In this document: piece after piece, positions 40,701-55,700 of the stretch | Numbering within the stretch: the first letter of the stretch is position 1 | Layout of the letters: every line of letters starts with the position of its first letter | Assembly: GCA_964016885.1 (NCBI GenBank) | Contig: OZ024741.1 | Coordinates: forward strand, 2,790,001 to 2,854,000 | Direction of reading: 5' to 3' | DNA length: 64,000 nucleotides | Source: Eledone cirrhosa | Taxonomy: Eukaryota | The notes under the pieces: model-generated | The model's database searches: none | Told to the model about the DNA's origin: nothing | The model's input: the letters and a program-made list of their open reading frames with translations, nothing else | Position numbers and translations under genes: made by a program

Positions 40701-43700
40701 CACAGTTTCTTTTCTGAAGATCTTCTACTGTCCAGCTCTCCTCACAGTTTCTTCTGTGAAGACCTTCTACTGTCCAGCTCTCCTCACAGTTTCTTCTGTG
40801 AAGATCTTCTACTGTCCAGCTCTCCTCACAGTTTCTTCTGTGAAGACCTTCTACTGTCCAGCTATCCTCAATGTTTCTTCTCTGAAGACCTTCTACTGTT
40901 CAGCTCTCTTCACAGTTTCTTCTCTGAAGATCTCCTTATGTCCAGCTCGCCTGGCAGTTTCTTCTCTGAAGACCTTCCACTGTCCAGCTCTCCTCAGAGT
41001 TTCTTCTCTGAAGACCTTCCGCTGTACAGCTCTCCTCACAGATTCTTCTCTGAAGTCCTTCTAATGTCCAGCTCTCCTCACAGTTTCTTCTCTCAAGACC
41101 TTCTACTGTCCAGCTCTCCTCACAGTTTCTTCTCTGAAGACCTTCTGCTGTCCAGCTATCCTCACAGTTTCTTCTCTGAAGACCTTCTACTGTCCAGCTC
41201 TCCTCACAGTTTCTTCTCTGAAGACCTTCTACTGTCCAGCTCTCCTCACAGTTTCTTTTCTGAAGATCTTCTACTGTCCAGCTCTCCTCACAGTTTTCTG
41301 TGAAGACATCTACTGTCCAGCTCTCCGGACAGATTCTTCTCTGAAGAGCATCTACTCTCCAGCTCTCCTCACAGTTTCTTCTCTGAAGACCTTCTACCCT
41401 CCAGCTCTCCTCATCATTTCTTCTCTGAAGACCTTCTACTGTGCAGCTCTCCTCAGTTTCTTCTCTGAAGAGCTTCTACTGTCCAGCTCTCCTCACAGTT
41501 TCTTCTCTAAAGATCTTCTACTGTCCAGCTCTCCGGACAGTTTCTTCTCTGAAGAGCTTCTACTCTCCAGCTCTCCTCACAGTTTCTTCTCTGAAGACCT
41601 TCTACTGTCCAGCTCTCCTCACAGTTTCTTCTCTGAAGACCTTCTGCTGTCCAGCTCTCCTCACAGTTTCTTCTCTGAAGATCTTCTACTGTCCAGCTCT
41701 CCGGACAGATTCTTCTCTGAAGAGCATCTACTCTCCAGCCCTCCTCACAGTTTCTTCTCTGAAGACCTTCTACTCTCCAACTGTCCTCATCATTTCTTCA
41801 CTGAAGACCTTCTACTGTGCAGCACTCCTCAGTTTCTTCTCTGAAGAGCTTCTACTGTCCAGCTCTCCTCACAGTTTCTTCTCTAAAGATCTTCTACTGT
41901 CCAGCTCTCCGGACAGTTTCTTCTCTGAAGAGCTTCTACTCTCCAGCACTCCTCACAGTTTCTTCTCTGAAGTTCTACTACTGTCCAGCTCTCCTCACAG
42001 TTTCTTCTCTGACGACCTCCTGCTGTCCAGCTCTCCTCACAGTTTCTTCTCTGAAGACCTTCTACTGTCCAGCTCTCCTCACAGTTTCTTCTCTGAAGAA
42101 ATTCTACTGTCCAGCTCTCCTCACAGATTCTTCTCTGAAAATTTTCTACTGTCCAGTTCTCCTCACCCTTTCTTCTCTGAAGACCTTCTACTGTCCAGCT
42201 CCCCTCAGTGTTTCTTCTCTGAAGACCTTCTCCTGTCCAGCTCTCCTCATCATTTCTTCTCTGAAGACCTTCTACTGTCCAGTTCTCCTCACCCTTTCTT
42301 CTCTGAAGACCTTCTACTGTCCAGCTCTCCTCACAGTTTCTTTTCTGAAGATCTTCTACTGTCCAGCTCTCCTCACAGTTTCTTCTGTGAAGACCTTCTA
42401 CTGTCCAGCTCTCCTCACAGTTTCTTCTCTGAAGACCTTCTGCTGTCCAGCTCTCCTCACAGATTCTTCTCTGAAGTCCTTCTACTGTCCAGCTCTCCTC
42501 ACAGTTTCTTCTCGCAAGACCTTCTACTGTACAGCTCTCCTCACATTTTCTTCTCTGAAGATCTTCTACTGTCCAGCTCTCCTCACAGTTTCTTCTCTGA
42601 AGACCTTCTGCTGTCCAGCTCTCCTCACAGTTTCTTCTCTGAAAACCTTCTACTGTGCATCTCTCCTCAGTTTCTTCTCTGAAGAGCTCCTATTGTCCAG
42701 CTCTCCTCACAGTTTCTTCTCTAAAGATCTTCTACTGTCCAGCTCTCCTCATCATTTCTTCTCTGAAGACCTTCTACTGTCCAGCTCTCCTCACAGATTC
42801 TTCTCTGAAAATTTTCTACTGTCCAGTTCTCCTCACCCTTTCTTTTCTGAAGACCTTCTACTGTCCAGCTCTCCTCACGGTTTCTTCTCTGAAGACCTTC
42901 TGCTGTCCACATCTCCTCACACTTTCTTCTCGGAAGACCTTCTACTCTCCAGTTCTCCTCACAGTTTCTTCACTGAAGACCTTCTACTGTCCAGCTCTCT
43001 TCGATATTTCTTCTCTGATGACCTTCTACTGTCCAGCTCTCTTCACAGTTTCTTCTCTGAAGACCTTCTACTGTCCAGCTCTCCTCATCATTTCTTCTCT
43101 GAAGACGTTCTGCTGTCCAGCTCTCCTCACAGTTTCTTCTCTGAAGACCTTCTGCTGTCCAGCTCTCCTCACAGTTTCTTCTCTGAAGACATTCTGCTGT
43201 CCAGCTCTCCTCACAGTTTCTTCTCTGAAGACCTTCTGCTGACATCTTTCGTCACAGTTTCTGCTCTGAAGACCTTCTACTGTCCAGCTCTCCTCACAGT
43301 TTCTTATCTGAAGATCTTCTATCCAGCTCTCCTCAATGTTTCTTCTCTGAAGACCTTCTACTGTTCAGCTCTCCTCACAGTTTATTCTCTGAAGATCTTC
43401 TACTGTCCAGCTCGCCTGGCAGTTTCTTCTCTGAAGACCTTCCACTGTCCAGCTCTCCTGACAGTTTCTTCTCTGAAGAACTTCTGTTGTCCAGCTCTCC
43501 TAACAGTTTCTTCTCTGAAGACCTTCTACTGTCCAGCTCTCCTCATCATTTCTTCTCTGAAGACCTTCTACCGTCCAACTGTACTCACAGTTTCTTCTCT
43601 AAAGACCTTCTGCTGGCCAGCTCTCCTCACAGATTCTTCTCTGAAGTCCTTCTACTGTCCAGCTCTCCTCACAGTTTCGTCTCTGAAGACCTTCTAATGT

Positions 43701-46700
43701 CCAGCTCTCCTCACAGTTTCTTCTCTGAAGACTTTCTACTCTCCAGCTCTCCTCATCATTTCTTCTCTGAAGACATTCTACTGTCCAGCCCTCCTCAGTT
43801 TGTTCTCTGAAGAGCTTCTACTGTCCAGCTCTCCTCAAACTTTCTTCTCTGAAGATCTTCTACTGTCCAGCTCACCTCACAGTTTCTTCTCTGAAGAGCT
43901 TCTACTCTCCAGCTCTCCTCACAGTTTCTTCTCTGAAGACCTTCTACTGTCCAGCTCTCCTCATTATTTCTTCTCTGAAGACCTTCTACTGTCCGGCTCT
44001 CCTCATAGTTTCATCTCTGAACACCTTCTACTGTCCAGCTCTCCTCACAGTTTCTTCTCTGAAGACGTTCTGCTGTCCAGCTCGCCTCACAGTTTCTTCT
44101 CTGAAGACCTTCTACTGTCCAGCTCTCCGGACAGTTTCTTGTCTGAAGAGCTTCTTCTCTCCAGCTCTCCTCACAGTTTCTTCTCTCAAGACCTTCAACT
44201 GTCCAGCTCTCCGGACAATTTCTCTCTGTAGAGCTTCTACTGTCCAGCTCTCCTCATAGATTATTCTCTGAAGATCTACTGTCCAGCTCGCCTGGCAGTT
44301 TCTTTTCTGAAGACGTTCTACTGTCCAGCTCTCCTGACAGTTTCTTCTCTGAACACATTCTACTGTCCAGCTCCTCTCACAGTTTCTTCTCTGAAGTTCT
44401 ACTACTGTCCAGATTTCCTCACACTGTCTTCTCTGAAGACCTTCTGCTGTCCAGCTCTCCTCACAGTTTCTTCTCTGAAGACCTTCTGCTGTCCAGCTCT
44501 CCTCACAGTTTCTTTTCTAAGGACCTTCTACTGTCCAGCTCTCCTCACAGTTTCTTCTCTGAAGACCTTCTCCTGTCCAGCTCTCCTCATCATTTCTTCT
44601 CTGAAGACCTTCTACTCTCCAGCTCTCCTCACAGATTCTTCTCTGAAAATTTTCTACTGTCCAGTTCTCCTCACCCTTTCTTCTCTGAAGACCTTCTACT
44701 GTCCAGCCCTCCTCACGGTTTCTTCTCTGAAGACCTTCTGCTGTCCACATCTCCTCACACTTTCTTCTCTGAAGACCTTCTACTCTCCAGTTCTCCTCAC
44801 AGTTTCTTCACTGAAGACCTTCTGCTGTCCAGCTCTCCTCAATATTTCTTCTCTGATGACCTTCTACTGTCCAGCTCTCTGCACAGTTTCTTCTCTGAAG
44901 ATTTCTGCTGTCCAGCTCTCCTAACAGTTTCTTCTCTGAAGACCTTCTACTGTCCAGCTCTCCTAACAGTTTCTTCTCTGAAGACCTTCTACTGTCCAGC
45001 TCTCCTCACAGATTCTTCTCTGAAGACCTTCTGCTGTCCAGCTCTCCTCACAGTTTCTTCTCTGAAGACATTCTGCTGTCCAGCTCTCCTCACAGTTTCT
45101 TCTCTGAAGACCTTCTGCTGACATCTTTCATCACAGTTTCTGCTCTGAAGACCTTCTACTGTCCAGCTCTCCTCACAGTTTCTTATCTGAAGATCTTCTA
45201 TCCAGCTCTCCTCACAGTTTCTTCTCTGAAGACGTTCTGCTGTCCAGCTCGCCTCACAGTTTCTTCTCTGAAGACCTTCTACTGTCCAGCTCTCCGGACA
45301 ATTTCTCTCTGTAGAGCTTCTACTGTCCAGCTCTCCTCATAGATTATTCTCTGAAGATCTACTGTCCAGCTCGCCTGGCAGTTTCTTCTCTGAAGACGTT
45401 CCACTGTCCAGCTCTCCTGACAGTTTCTTCTCTGAACACATTCTACTGTCCAGCTCCTCTCACAGTTTCTTCTCTGAAGTTCTACTACTGTCCAGATTTC
45501 CTCACACTGTCTTCTCTGAAGACCTTCTGCTGTCCAGCTCTCCTCACAGTTTCTTCTCTGAAGACCTTCTGCTGTCCAGCTCTCCTCACAGTTTCTTTTC
45601 TAAGGACCTTCTACTGTCCAGCTCTCCTCACAGTTTCTTCTCTGAAGACCTTCTGCTGTCCAGCTCTCCTAACAGTTTCTTCTCTGAAGACCTTCTACTG
45701 TCCAGCTCTCCTAACAGTTTCTTCTCTGAAGACCTTCTACTGTCCAGCTCTCCTCACAGTTTCTTCTCTGATGACCTTCTACTGTCCAGCTCTCTTCACA
45801 GTTTCTTCTCTGAAGACCTTCTGCTGTCCAGCTCTCCTAACAGTTTCTTCTCTGAAGACCTTCTACTGTCCAGCTCTCCTAACAGTTTCTTCTCTGAAGA
45901 CCTTCTACTGTCCAGCTCTCCTCACAGTTTCTTCTCTGAAGACCTTCTGCTGTCCAGCTCTCCTCACAGTTTCTTCTCTGAAGACATTCTGCTGTCCAGC
46001 TCTCCTCACAGTTTCTTCTCTGAAGACCTTCTGCTGACATCTTTCGTCACAGTTTCTGCCCTGAAGACCTTCTACTGTCCAGCTCTCCTCACAGTTTCTT
46101 ATCTGAAGATCTTCTATCCAGCTCTCCTCAATGTTTCTTCTCTGAAGACCATCTACTGTTCAGCTCTCCTCACAGTTTATTCTCTGAAGATCTTCTATTG
46201 TCCAGCTCGCCTGGCAGTTTCTTCTCTGAAGACGTTCCACTGTCCAGCTCTCCTGACAGTTTCTTCTCTGAACACATTCTACTATCCAGCTCGTCTCACA
46301 GTTTCTTCTCTGAAGTTCTACTACTGTCCAGCTTTCCTCACACTGTCTTCTCTTAAGACCTTCTGCTGTCCAGCTCTCCTCACAGTTTCTTCTCTGAAGA
46401 CCTTCTGCTGTCCAGCTCTCCTCACAGTTTCTTTTCTAAGGACCTTCTCCTGTCCAGCTCTCCTCATCATTTCTTCTCTGAAGACCTTCTACTGTCCAGC
46501 TCTCCTCACAGATTCTTCTCTGAAAATTTTCTACTGTCCAGTTCTCCTCACCCTTTCTTCTCTGAAGACCTTCTACTGTCCAGCTCTCCTCACGGTTACT
46601 TCTCTGAAGACCTTCTGCTGTCCACATCTCCTCACACTTTCTTCTCTGAAGACCTTCTACTCTCCAGTTCTCCTCACAGTTTCTTCACTGAAGACCTTCT

Positions 46701-49700
46701 ACTGTCCAGCTCTCTTCGATATTTCTTCTCTGATGACCTACTACTGTCCAGCTCTCTGCACAGTTTCTTCTCTGAAGACCTTCTGCTGTCCAGCTCTCCT
46801 AACAGTTTCTTCTCTGAAGACCTTCTACTGTCCAGCTCTCCTTATCATTTCTTCTCTGAAGACGTTCTGCTGTCCAGCTCTCCTCACAGTTTCTTCTCTG
46901 AAGACCTTCTGCTGTCCAGCTCTCCTCACAGTTTCTTCTCTGAAGACCTTCTGCTGTCCAGCTCTCCTCACAGTTTCTTTTCTAAGGACCTTCTACTGTC
47001 CAGCTCTCCTCACAGTTTCTTCTCTGAAGACCTTCTCCTGTCCAGCTCTCCTCATCATTTCTTCTCTGAAGACCTTCTACTGTCCAGCTCTCCTCACAGA
47101 TACTTCTCTGAAAATTTTCTACTGTCCAGTTCTCCTCACCCTTTCTTCTCTGAAGACCTTCTACTGTCCAGCTCTCCTCACGGTTTCTTCTCTGAAGACC
47201 TTCTGCTGTCCACATCTCCTCACACTTTCTTCTCTGAAGACCTTCTACTCTCCAGTTCTCCTCACAGTTTCTTCACTGAAGACCTTCTACTGTCCAGCTC
47301 TCTTCGATATTTCTTCTCTGATGACCTTCTACTGTCCAGCTCTCTGCACAGTTTCTTCTCTGAAGACCTTCTGCTGTCCAGCTCTCCTAACAGTTTCTTC
47401 TCTGAAGACCTTCTACTGTCCAGCTCTCCTCATCATTTCTTCTCTGAAGACGTTCTGCTGTCCAGCTCTCCTCACAGTTTCTTCTCTGAAGACCTTCTGC
47501 TGTCCAGCTCTCCTCACAGTTTCTTCTCTGAAGACCTGCTGCTGTCCAGCTCTCCTCACAGTTTCTTCTCTGAAGACCTTCTGCTGACATCTTTCGTCAC
47601 AGTTTCTGCTCTGAAGACCTTCTACTGTCCAGCTCTCCTCACAGTTTCTTCTCTGAAGACATTCTACTGTCCAGCTCTCCTCAGTTTGTTCTCTGAAGAG
47701 CTTCTACTGTCCAGCTCTCCTGAAACTTTCTTTTCTGAAGATCTTCTACTGTCCAGCTCTCCTCACAGTTTCTTCTCAGAAGACCTTCCACTGTCCGGCT
47801 CTCCTGACAGTTTCTTCTCTGAAGAACTTCTACTGTCCAGCTCTCCTCATCATTTCTTCTCTGAAGACCTTCTACTGGCCAGCTCTCCTCACAGTTTCTT
47901 CTCTGAAGACATTCTACTGTCCAGCTCTCCTCACAGTTTCTTCTATGAAGACCTTCTACTGTCCAGCTCTCCTCAGTTTCTTCTCTGAAGACCTTCTACT
48001 GTCCAGCTCTCCTCACAGTTTCTTCCCTGAAGATCTTCTACTGTCCAGCTCTCCGGACAGTTTCTTCTCTGATGACCTTCTACTCTCCAGCTCTCCAAAC
48101 AGTTTCTTCTCTGAAGACGTTCTACGCTCCAGCTCTCCTCATTATTTCTTCTCTGAAGACCTACTGTCCAGCTCTCCTCAGTTTCTTCTCTGAAGAGCTT
48201 CTACTGTCCAGCTCTCCTCACAATTTCTTCTATGAAGATCTTCTACTGTCCAGCTCTCCGGACAGTTTTTTCTCTGAAGAGCTTCTACTCTCCAGCTCTC
48301 CTCACAGTTTCTTCTCTGAAGTTCTACTACTGTCCAGCTCTCCTCACATTTTCTTCTCTGAAGACCTCCTGCTGTCCAGCTCACCTCACAGTTTCTTCTC
48401 TGAAGAGCTTCTACTCTCCAGCTCTCATCACAGTTTCTTCTCTGAAGACCTTCTACTGTCCAGCTCGCCTCATTATTTCTTCTCTGAAGACCTTCTACTG
48501 TCCAGCTCTCCTCACAGTTTCTTCTCTGAACACCTTCTACTGTCCGGGTCTCAGGACAATTTCTTCTCTGAAGAGCTTCTACTGTCCAGCTCTCCTCATA
48601 GATTATTCTCTGAACACCTTCTACTGTCCAGCTCCTCTCACAGTTTCTTCTCTGAAGTTCTACTACTGTCCAGCTCTCCTCACAGTTTCTTCTCTGAAAC
48701 CCTTCTACTGTCCAGCTCTCCTCACAGTTTCTTCTCTGAAGACATTCTGCTGTCCAGCTCTCCTCACAGTTTCTTCTCTGAAGAACTTCTACTGTCCAGC
48801 TCTCCTCACAGTTTCTGCTCTGAAGACCTTCTACTGTCCAGCTCCTCTCACAGTTTTTTCTCTGAAGTTCTACTACTGTCCAGCTCTCCTCAGACTGTCT
48901 TCTCTGAAGACCTTCTGCTGTCCAGCTCTCCTCACTGTTTCTTCTCTGAAGAACTTCTACTGTCCAGCTCTCCTCACAGTTTCTTCTCTGAAGACCTTCT
49001 ACTGTCCAGCTCTCCTCATCATTTCTTCTCTGAAGACATTCTGCTGTCCAGCTCTCCTCACAGTTTCTTCTCTGAAGACCTTCTACTGTCCAGCTCCCCT
49101 CTGTGTTTCTTCTCTGAAGACCTTCTACTGTCCAGCTCTCCTCACAGTTTCTTGTCTCAAGACGTTTTACTGTCCAGCTCTCCTCACAGTTTCTGCTATG
49201 AAGACCTTCTCCTGTCCAGCTCTCCTCATCATTTCTTCTCTGAAGACATTCTACTGTCCAGCACTCTTCATCATTTCTTCTCTGAAGACATTCTGCTGTC
49301 CAGCTCTCCTCACAGTTTCTTCTCTGAAGACCTTCTACTGTCCAGCTCTCCTCACAGTTGATTCTCTGAACATTTTCTACTGTCCAGTTCTCCTCACACT
49401 TTCTTCTCTGAAGACCTTCTACTGTCCAGCTCTCCTCACGGTTTCTTCTCTGAAGACCTTCTGCTGTCCACCTCTCCTCACACTTTTTTCTCTGAAGACC
49501 TTCTGCTCTCCAGTTCTCCTCACATTTTCTTCACTGAAGACCTTCTACTGTCCAGCTCTCCTCAATGTTTCTTCTCTGAAGACATTCTGCTGTCCAGCTC
49601 TCCTCACAGTTTCTTCGCTGAAGACCTTCTGCTGTCCAGCTCTCCTCACAGTTTCTTCTCTGAAGACATTCTGCTGTCCAGCTCTCCTCAGAGTTTCTTC

Positions 49701-52700
49701 CCTGAAGACCTTCTGCTGACATCTCTCCTCACAGTTTCTGCTCTGAAGACCTTCTCCTTTCCAGCTGTCCTCACATCTTCTTCTCTGAAGACGTTCTGCT
49801 GTCCAGCTCGCCTCACAATTTCTTCTCTGAAGACCTTCTACTGTCCAGCTCTCCGGACATTTTCTTGTCTGAAGAGCTTCTACTCTCCAGCTCTCCTCTC
49901 AGTTTCTTCTCTCAAGACCTTCTACTGTCCAGTTCTCCTCATCATTTCTTCACCGAAGACCTTCTGCTGTCCAGCTCTCCTCACAGTTTCTTCTCTGAAG
50001 ACATTCTACTGTCCAGCTCTCCGGACAATTTCTCTCTGAAAGCTTCTACTGTCCAGCTTTCCTGACAGTTTCTTCTCTGAAGCATTCTACTGTCCAGCTC
50101 CTTTCACAGTTTCTTCTCTGAAGTTCTACTACTGTCCAGCTCTCCTCACACTGTCTTCTCTGAAGACCTTCTGCTGTCCAGCTCTCCTCACAGTTTCTTC
50201 TCTGAAGAGCTTCTGCTGTCCAGCTCTCCTCAAAGTTTCTTTTGTAAAGACCTTCTACTGTCCAGCTCTCCTCACAGTTTCTTCTCTGAAGAACTTCTAC
50301 TGTCCAGCTCTCCTCACAGTTTCTTCTCTGAAGACCTTCTACTGTCTAGCTCTCCTCATCATTTCTTCTCTGAAGACCTTCTGCTGTCCAGCTCTCCTCA
50401 CAGTTTCTTCTCTGAAGACCTTCTACTGTCCAGCTCCCCTCAGTGTTTCTTCTCTGAAGACCTTCTCCTGTCCAGCTCTCCTCATCATTTCTTCTCTGAA
50501 GACCTTCTACTGTCCAGCTCTCTTCATCATTTCTTCTCTGAAGACCTTCTGCTGTCCAGCTCTCCTCACAGTTTCTTCTCTGAAGAACTTCTACTGTCCA
50601 GCTCTCCTCACAGTTTCTTCTCTGAAGAAATTCTACTGTCCAACTGTACTCACAGTTTCTTCTCTAAAGACCTTCTGCTGGCCAGCTCTCCTCACAGATT
50701 CTTCTCTGAAGTCCTTCTACTGTCCAGCTCTCCTCACAGTTTCTTCTCTGAAGACCTTCTAATGTCCAGCTCTCCTCACATTTTCTTCTCTGAAGACCTT
50801 CTACTGTCCAGCTCTGCTCACAGTTTCTTCTCTGAAGACCTTCTACTGTCCAGCTCTCCTCACAGATTCTTCTCTGAAAATTTTCTACTGTCCAGTTCTC
50901 CTCACCCTTTCTTCTCTGAAGACCTTCTACTGTCCAGCTCCCCTCAGTGTTTCTTCTCTGAAAACCTTCTCCTGTCCAGCTCTCCTCATCATTTCTTCTC
51001 TGAAGACCTTCTACTGTCCAGTTCTCCTCACCCTTTCTTCTCTGAAGAACTTCTGTTGTCCAGCTCTCCTAACAGTTTCTTCTCTGAAGACCTTCTACTG
51101 TCCAGCTCTCCTCATCATTTCTTCTCTGAAGACCTTCTACTGTCCAACTGTACTCACAGTTTCTTCTCTAAAGACCTTCTGCTGGCCAGCTCTCCTCACA
51201 GTTTCTTCTCTGAAGACCTTCTAATGTCCAGCTCTCCTCACATTTTCTTCTCTGAAGACCTTCTACTGTCCAGCTCTGCTCACAGTTTCTTCTCTGAAGA
51301 CCTTCTACTGTCCAGCTCTCCTCACAGTTTCTTCTCTGAAGACTTTCTACTCTCCAGCTCTCCTCATCATTTCTTCTCTGAAGACATTCTACTGTCCAGC
51401 TCTCCTCAGTTTGTTTTCTGAAGAGCTTCTACTGTCCAGCTCTCCTCAAACTTTCTTCTCTGAAGATCTTCTACTGTCCAGCTCTCCTCACAGTTTCTTC
51501 TCAGAAGACCTTCCACTGTCCAGCTCTCCTGACAGTTTCTTCTCTGAAGACCTTCTACTGTCCAGCTCTCCTCATCATTTCTTCTCTGAAGACCTTCTGC
51601 TGGCCAGCTCTCCTCACAGATTCTTCTCTGAAGTCCTTCTACTGTCCAGCTCTCCTCACAGTTTCTTCTCTGAAGACCTTCTACTATCCAGTTCTCCTCA
51701 CATTTTCTTCTCTGAAGACATTCTACTGTCCAGCTCTCCTCACAGTTTCTTCTATGAAGACCTTCTACTGTCCAGCTCTCCTCAGTTTCTTCTCTGAAGA
51801 CCTTCTACTGTCCAGCTCTCCTCACAGTTTCTTCCCTGAAGATCTTCTACTGTCCAGCTCTCCGGACAGTTTCTTCTCTGATGACCTTCTACTCTCCAGC
51901 TCTCCTCACAGTTTCTTCTCTGAAGACGTTCTACGCTCCAGCTCTCCTCATTATTTCTTCTCTGAAGACCTACTGTCCAGCTCTCCTCAGTTTCTTCTCT
52001 GAAGAGCTTCTACTGTCCAGCTCTCCTCACAATTTCTTCTATGAAGATCTTCTACTGTCCAGCTCTCCGGACAGTTTCTTCTCTGAAGAGCTTCTACTCT
52101 CCAGCTCTCCTCACAGTTTCTTCTCTGAAGTTCTACTACTGTCCAGCTCTCCTCACAGTTTCTTCTCCGAAGACCTCCTGCTGTCCAGCTCACCTCACAG
52201 TTTCCTCTCTGAAGAGCTTCTACTCTCCAGCTCTCCTCACAGTTTCTTCCCTGAAGACCTTCTACTGTCCAGCTCGCCTCATTATTTCTTCTCTGAAGAC
52301 CTTCTACTGTCCAGCTCTCCTCACAGTTTCTTCTCTGAACACCTTCTACTGTCTGGCTCTCAGGACAATTTCTTCTCTGAAGAGCTTCTACTGTCCAGCT
52401 CTCCTCATAGATTATTCTCTGAACACCTTCTACTGTCCAGCTCCTCTCACAGTTTCTTCTCTGAAGTTCTACTACTGTCCAGCTCTCCTCACAGTTTCTT
52501 CTCTGAAACCCTTCTACTGTCCAGCTCTCCTCACAGTTTCTTCTCTGAAGACATTCTGCTGTCCAGCTCTCCTCACAGTTTCTTCTCTGAAGAACTTCTA
52601 CTGTCCAGCTCTCCTCACAGTTTCTGGTCTGAAGACCTTCTACTGTCCAGCTCCTCTCACAGTTTCTTCTCTGAAGTTCTACTACTGTCCAGCTCTCCTC

Positions 52701-55700
52701 AGACTGTCTTCTCTGAAGACCTTCTGCTGTCCAGCTCTCCTCACTGTTTCTTCTCTGAAGAACTCCTACTGTCCAGCTCTCCTCACAGTTTCTTCTCTGA
52801 AGACCTTCTACTGTCCAGCTCTCCTCATCATTTCTTCTCTGAAGACATTCTGCTGTCCAGCTCTCCTCACAGTTTCTTCTCTGAAGACCTTCTACTGTCC
52901 AGCTCCCCTCTGTGTTTCTTCTCTGAAGACCTTCTACTGTCCAGCTCTCCTCACAGTTTCTTGTCTGAAGACGTTTTACTGTCCAGCTCTCCTCACAGTT
53001 TCTGCTATGAAGACCTTCTCTTGTCCAGCTCTCCTCATCATTTCTTCTCTGAAGACATTCTACTGTCCAGCACTCTTCATCATTTCTTCTCTGAAGACAT
53101 TCTGCTGTCCAGCTCTCCTCACAGTTTCTTCTCTGAAGACCTTCTACTGTCCAGCTCTCCTCACGGTTTCTTCTCTGAAGACCTTCTGCTGTCCACCTCT
53201 CCTCACACTTTTTTCTCTGAAGACCTTCTGCTCTCCAGTTCTCCTCACATTTTCTTCACTGACGACCTTCTACTGTCCAGCTCTCCTCAATGTTTCTCCT
53301 CTGAAGACATTCTGCTGTCCAGCTCTCCACACAGTTTCTTCGCTGAAGACCTTCAGCTGTCCAGCTCTCCTCACAGTTTCTTCTCTGAAGACATTCTGCT
53401 GTCCAGCTCTCCTCACAATTTCTTCTCTGAAGACCTTCTGCTGACTTCTCTCCTCACAATCTCTTCTCTGAAGATCTTCTACTGTCCAGCACTCCTCACA
53501 GTTTCTTATCTGAAGATCTTCTATCCAGCTCTCCTCACAGTTTCTTCCCTGAAGTCCTTCTGCTGACATCTCTTCTAACAGTTTCTGTTCTGTAGACCTT
53601 CTCCTGTCCAGCTCTCCTCACAGTTTCTTCCCTGAAGACCTTCTGCTGACATCTCTCCTCACAGTTTCTGCTCTGAAGATCTTCTACTGTCCATCTCGCC
53701 TGGCAGTTTCTTCTCTGAAGACCTTCCACTGTCCACCTCTCCAGAGAGTTCCTGCTCTGAAAACATTCTACTCTCCATCTATCCTCACAATTTCTTCTCT
53801 GAAGACCTTCTGTTGTCCAGCTCTCCTCACAGTTTCTTCTCTGAAGACATTCTGCTGTCCAGCTCTCCTCACAGTTTCTTCCCTGAAGACCTTCTGTTGA
53901 CATCTCTCCTAACAGTTTCTGCTCTGAAGACCTTCTCCTGTCCAGCTCTCCTCACATTTTCTTCTCTGAAGACGTTCTGCTGTCCAGCTCGCCTCACAGT
54001 TTCTTCTCTGAAAACCTTCTACTTTCCAGCTCGCCGGACAGGTTCTTGTCTGAAGAGCTTCTACTCTCCAGCTCCACTCACAGTTTCTGCTCTGAAGACC
54101 TTCTGCTGTCCAGCTCTCCTCAAAGTTTCTTCTCAGAAGACCTTCTGCTGTCCAGCTCTCCTCACAGTTTCTTCTCTGAAGACATTCTGCTGTCCAGCTC
54201 TCCTCACAATTTCTTCTCTGAAGACCTTCTGCTGACATCTCTCCTCACAGTTTCTGCTCTGAAGACCTTATCCTGTCCAGCTCTCCTCACGGTTTCTTCT
54301 CTGAAGACCTTCTACTGTCCACTTCTCCTCAAACTTTCTTCTCTGAAGATCTTCTACTGTCCAGCTCTCCTCACAGTTTCTTATCTGAAGATCTTCTATC
54401 CAGCTCTCCTCAATGTTTATTCTCTGAAGATCTTCTACTGTCCAGCTCTCCGGACAGTTTCTTCTCTGAAGAGCTTCTACTCTCCAGCTCTCCTCACAGT
54501 TTCTTCTCTGAAGTTCTACTACTGTCCAGCTCTCCTCACAGTTTCTTCTCTGAAGACCTTCTGCTGTCCAGCTCACCTCACAGTTTCTTCTCTGAAGAGC
54601 TTCTACTCTCCAGCTCTCCTCACAGTTTCTTCTCTGAAGACCTTCTACTGTCCAGCTCGCCTCATTATTTCTTCTCTGAAGACCTTCTACTGTCCAGCTC
54701 TCCTCATCATTTCTTCTCTGAAGACCTTCTACTCTACAGTTCTCCTCACAGTTTCTTCACTGAAGACCTTCTACTGTCCAGCTCTCCTCAATGTTTCTTC
54801 TCTGATGACCTTCTACTGTCAAGCTCTCTTCACAGATTCTTCTCTGAAGACCTTCTACTGTCCAGCTCTCCTCACAGTTTCTTCTCTGAAGACATTCTAC
54901 TGTCCAGCTTGCCTCATCATTTCTTCACTGAAGACCTTCTACTTTCCAGCTCTCCTCACAGTTTCAGTTCTGAAGACATTCTGCTATCCAGTTCTCCTCA
55001 CAGTTTCTTCTCTGAAGACCTTCTGCTGACATCTCTCCTCACAGTTTCTGCTCTGAAGACCTTCTGCTGTCCAGCTCTCCTCAAAGTTTCTTCTCTGAAG
55101 ACCTTCAGCTGTCCAGCTCTCCTCACAGTTTCTTCTCTGAAGACATTCTGCTGTCCAGCTCTCCTCACAATTTCTTCTCTGAAGACCTTCTGCTGACATC
55201 TCTCCTCACAGTTTCTGCTCTGAAGATCTTATCCTGTCCAGCTCTCCTCACAGTTTCTTCTCTGAAGACCTTCTACTGTCCACTTCTCCTCAAACTTTCT
55301 TCTCTGAAGATCTTCTACTGTCCAGCACTCCTCACAGTTTCTTATCTGAAGATCTTCTATCCAGCTCTCCTCACAGTTTCTTCCCTGAAGACCTTCTGCT
55401 GACATCTCTCCTAACAGTTTCTGCTCTGTAGACCTTCTCCTGTCCAGTTCTCCTCACAGTTTCTTCCCTGAAGACCTTCTGCTGACATCTCTCCTCACAG
55501 TTTCTGCTCTGAAGACCTTCCACTGTCCAGCTTTCCAGAGAGTTTCTTCTCTGAAAACATTCTACTGTCCAGCTCTTCTCACAGTTTCTTCTCTGAAGTT
55601 CTACGACTGTCCAGCTCTCCTCACAGTTTCTCCTCTGAAGACCTTCTACTCTCCATCTATCCTCACAATTTCTTCTCTGAAGACCTTCTGTTGTCCAGCT

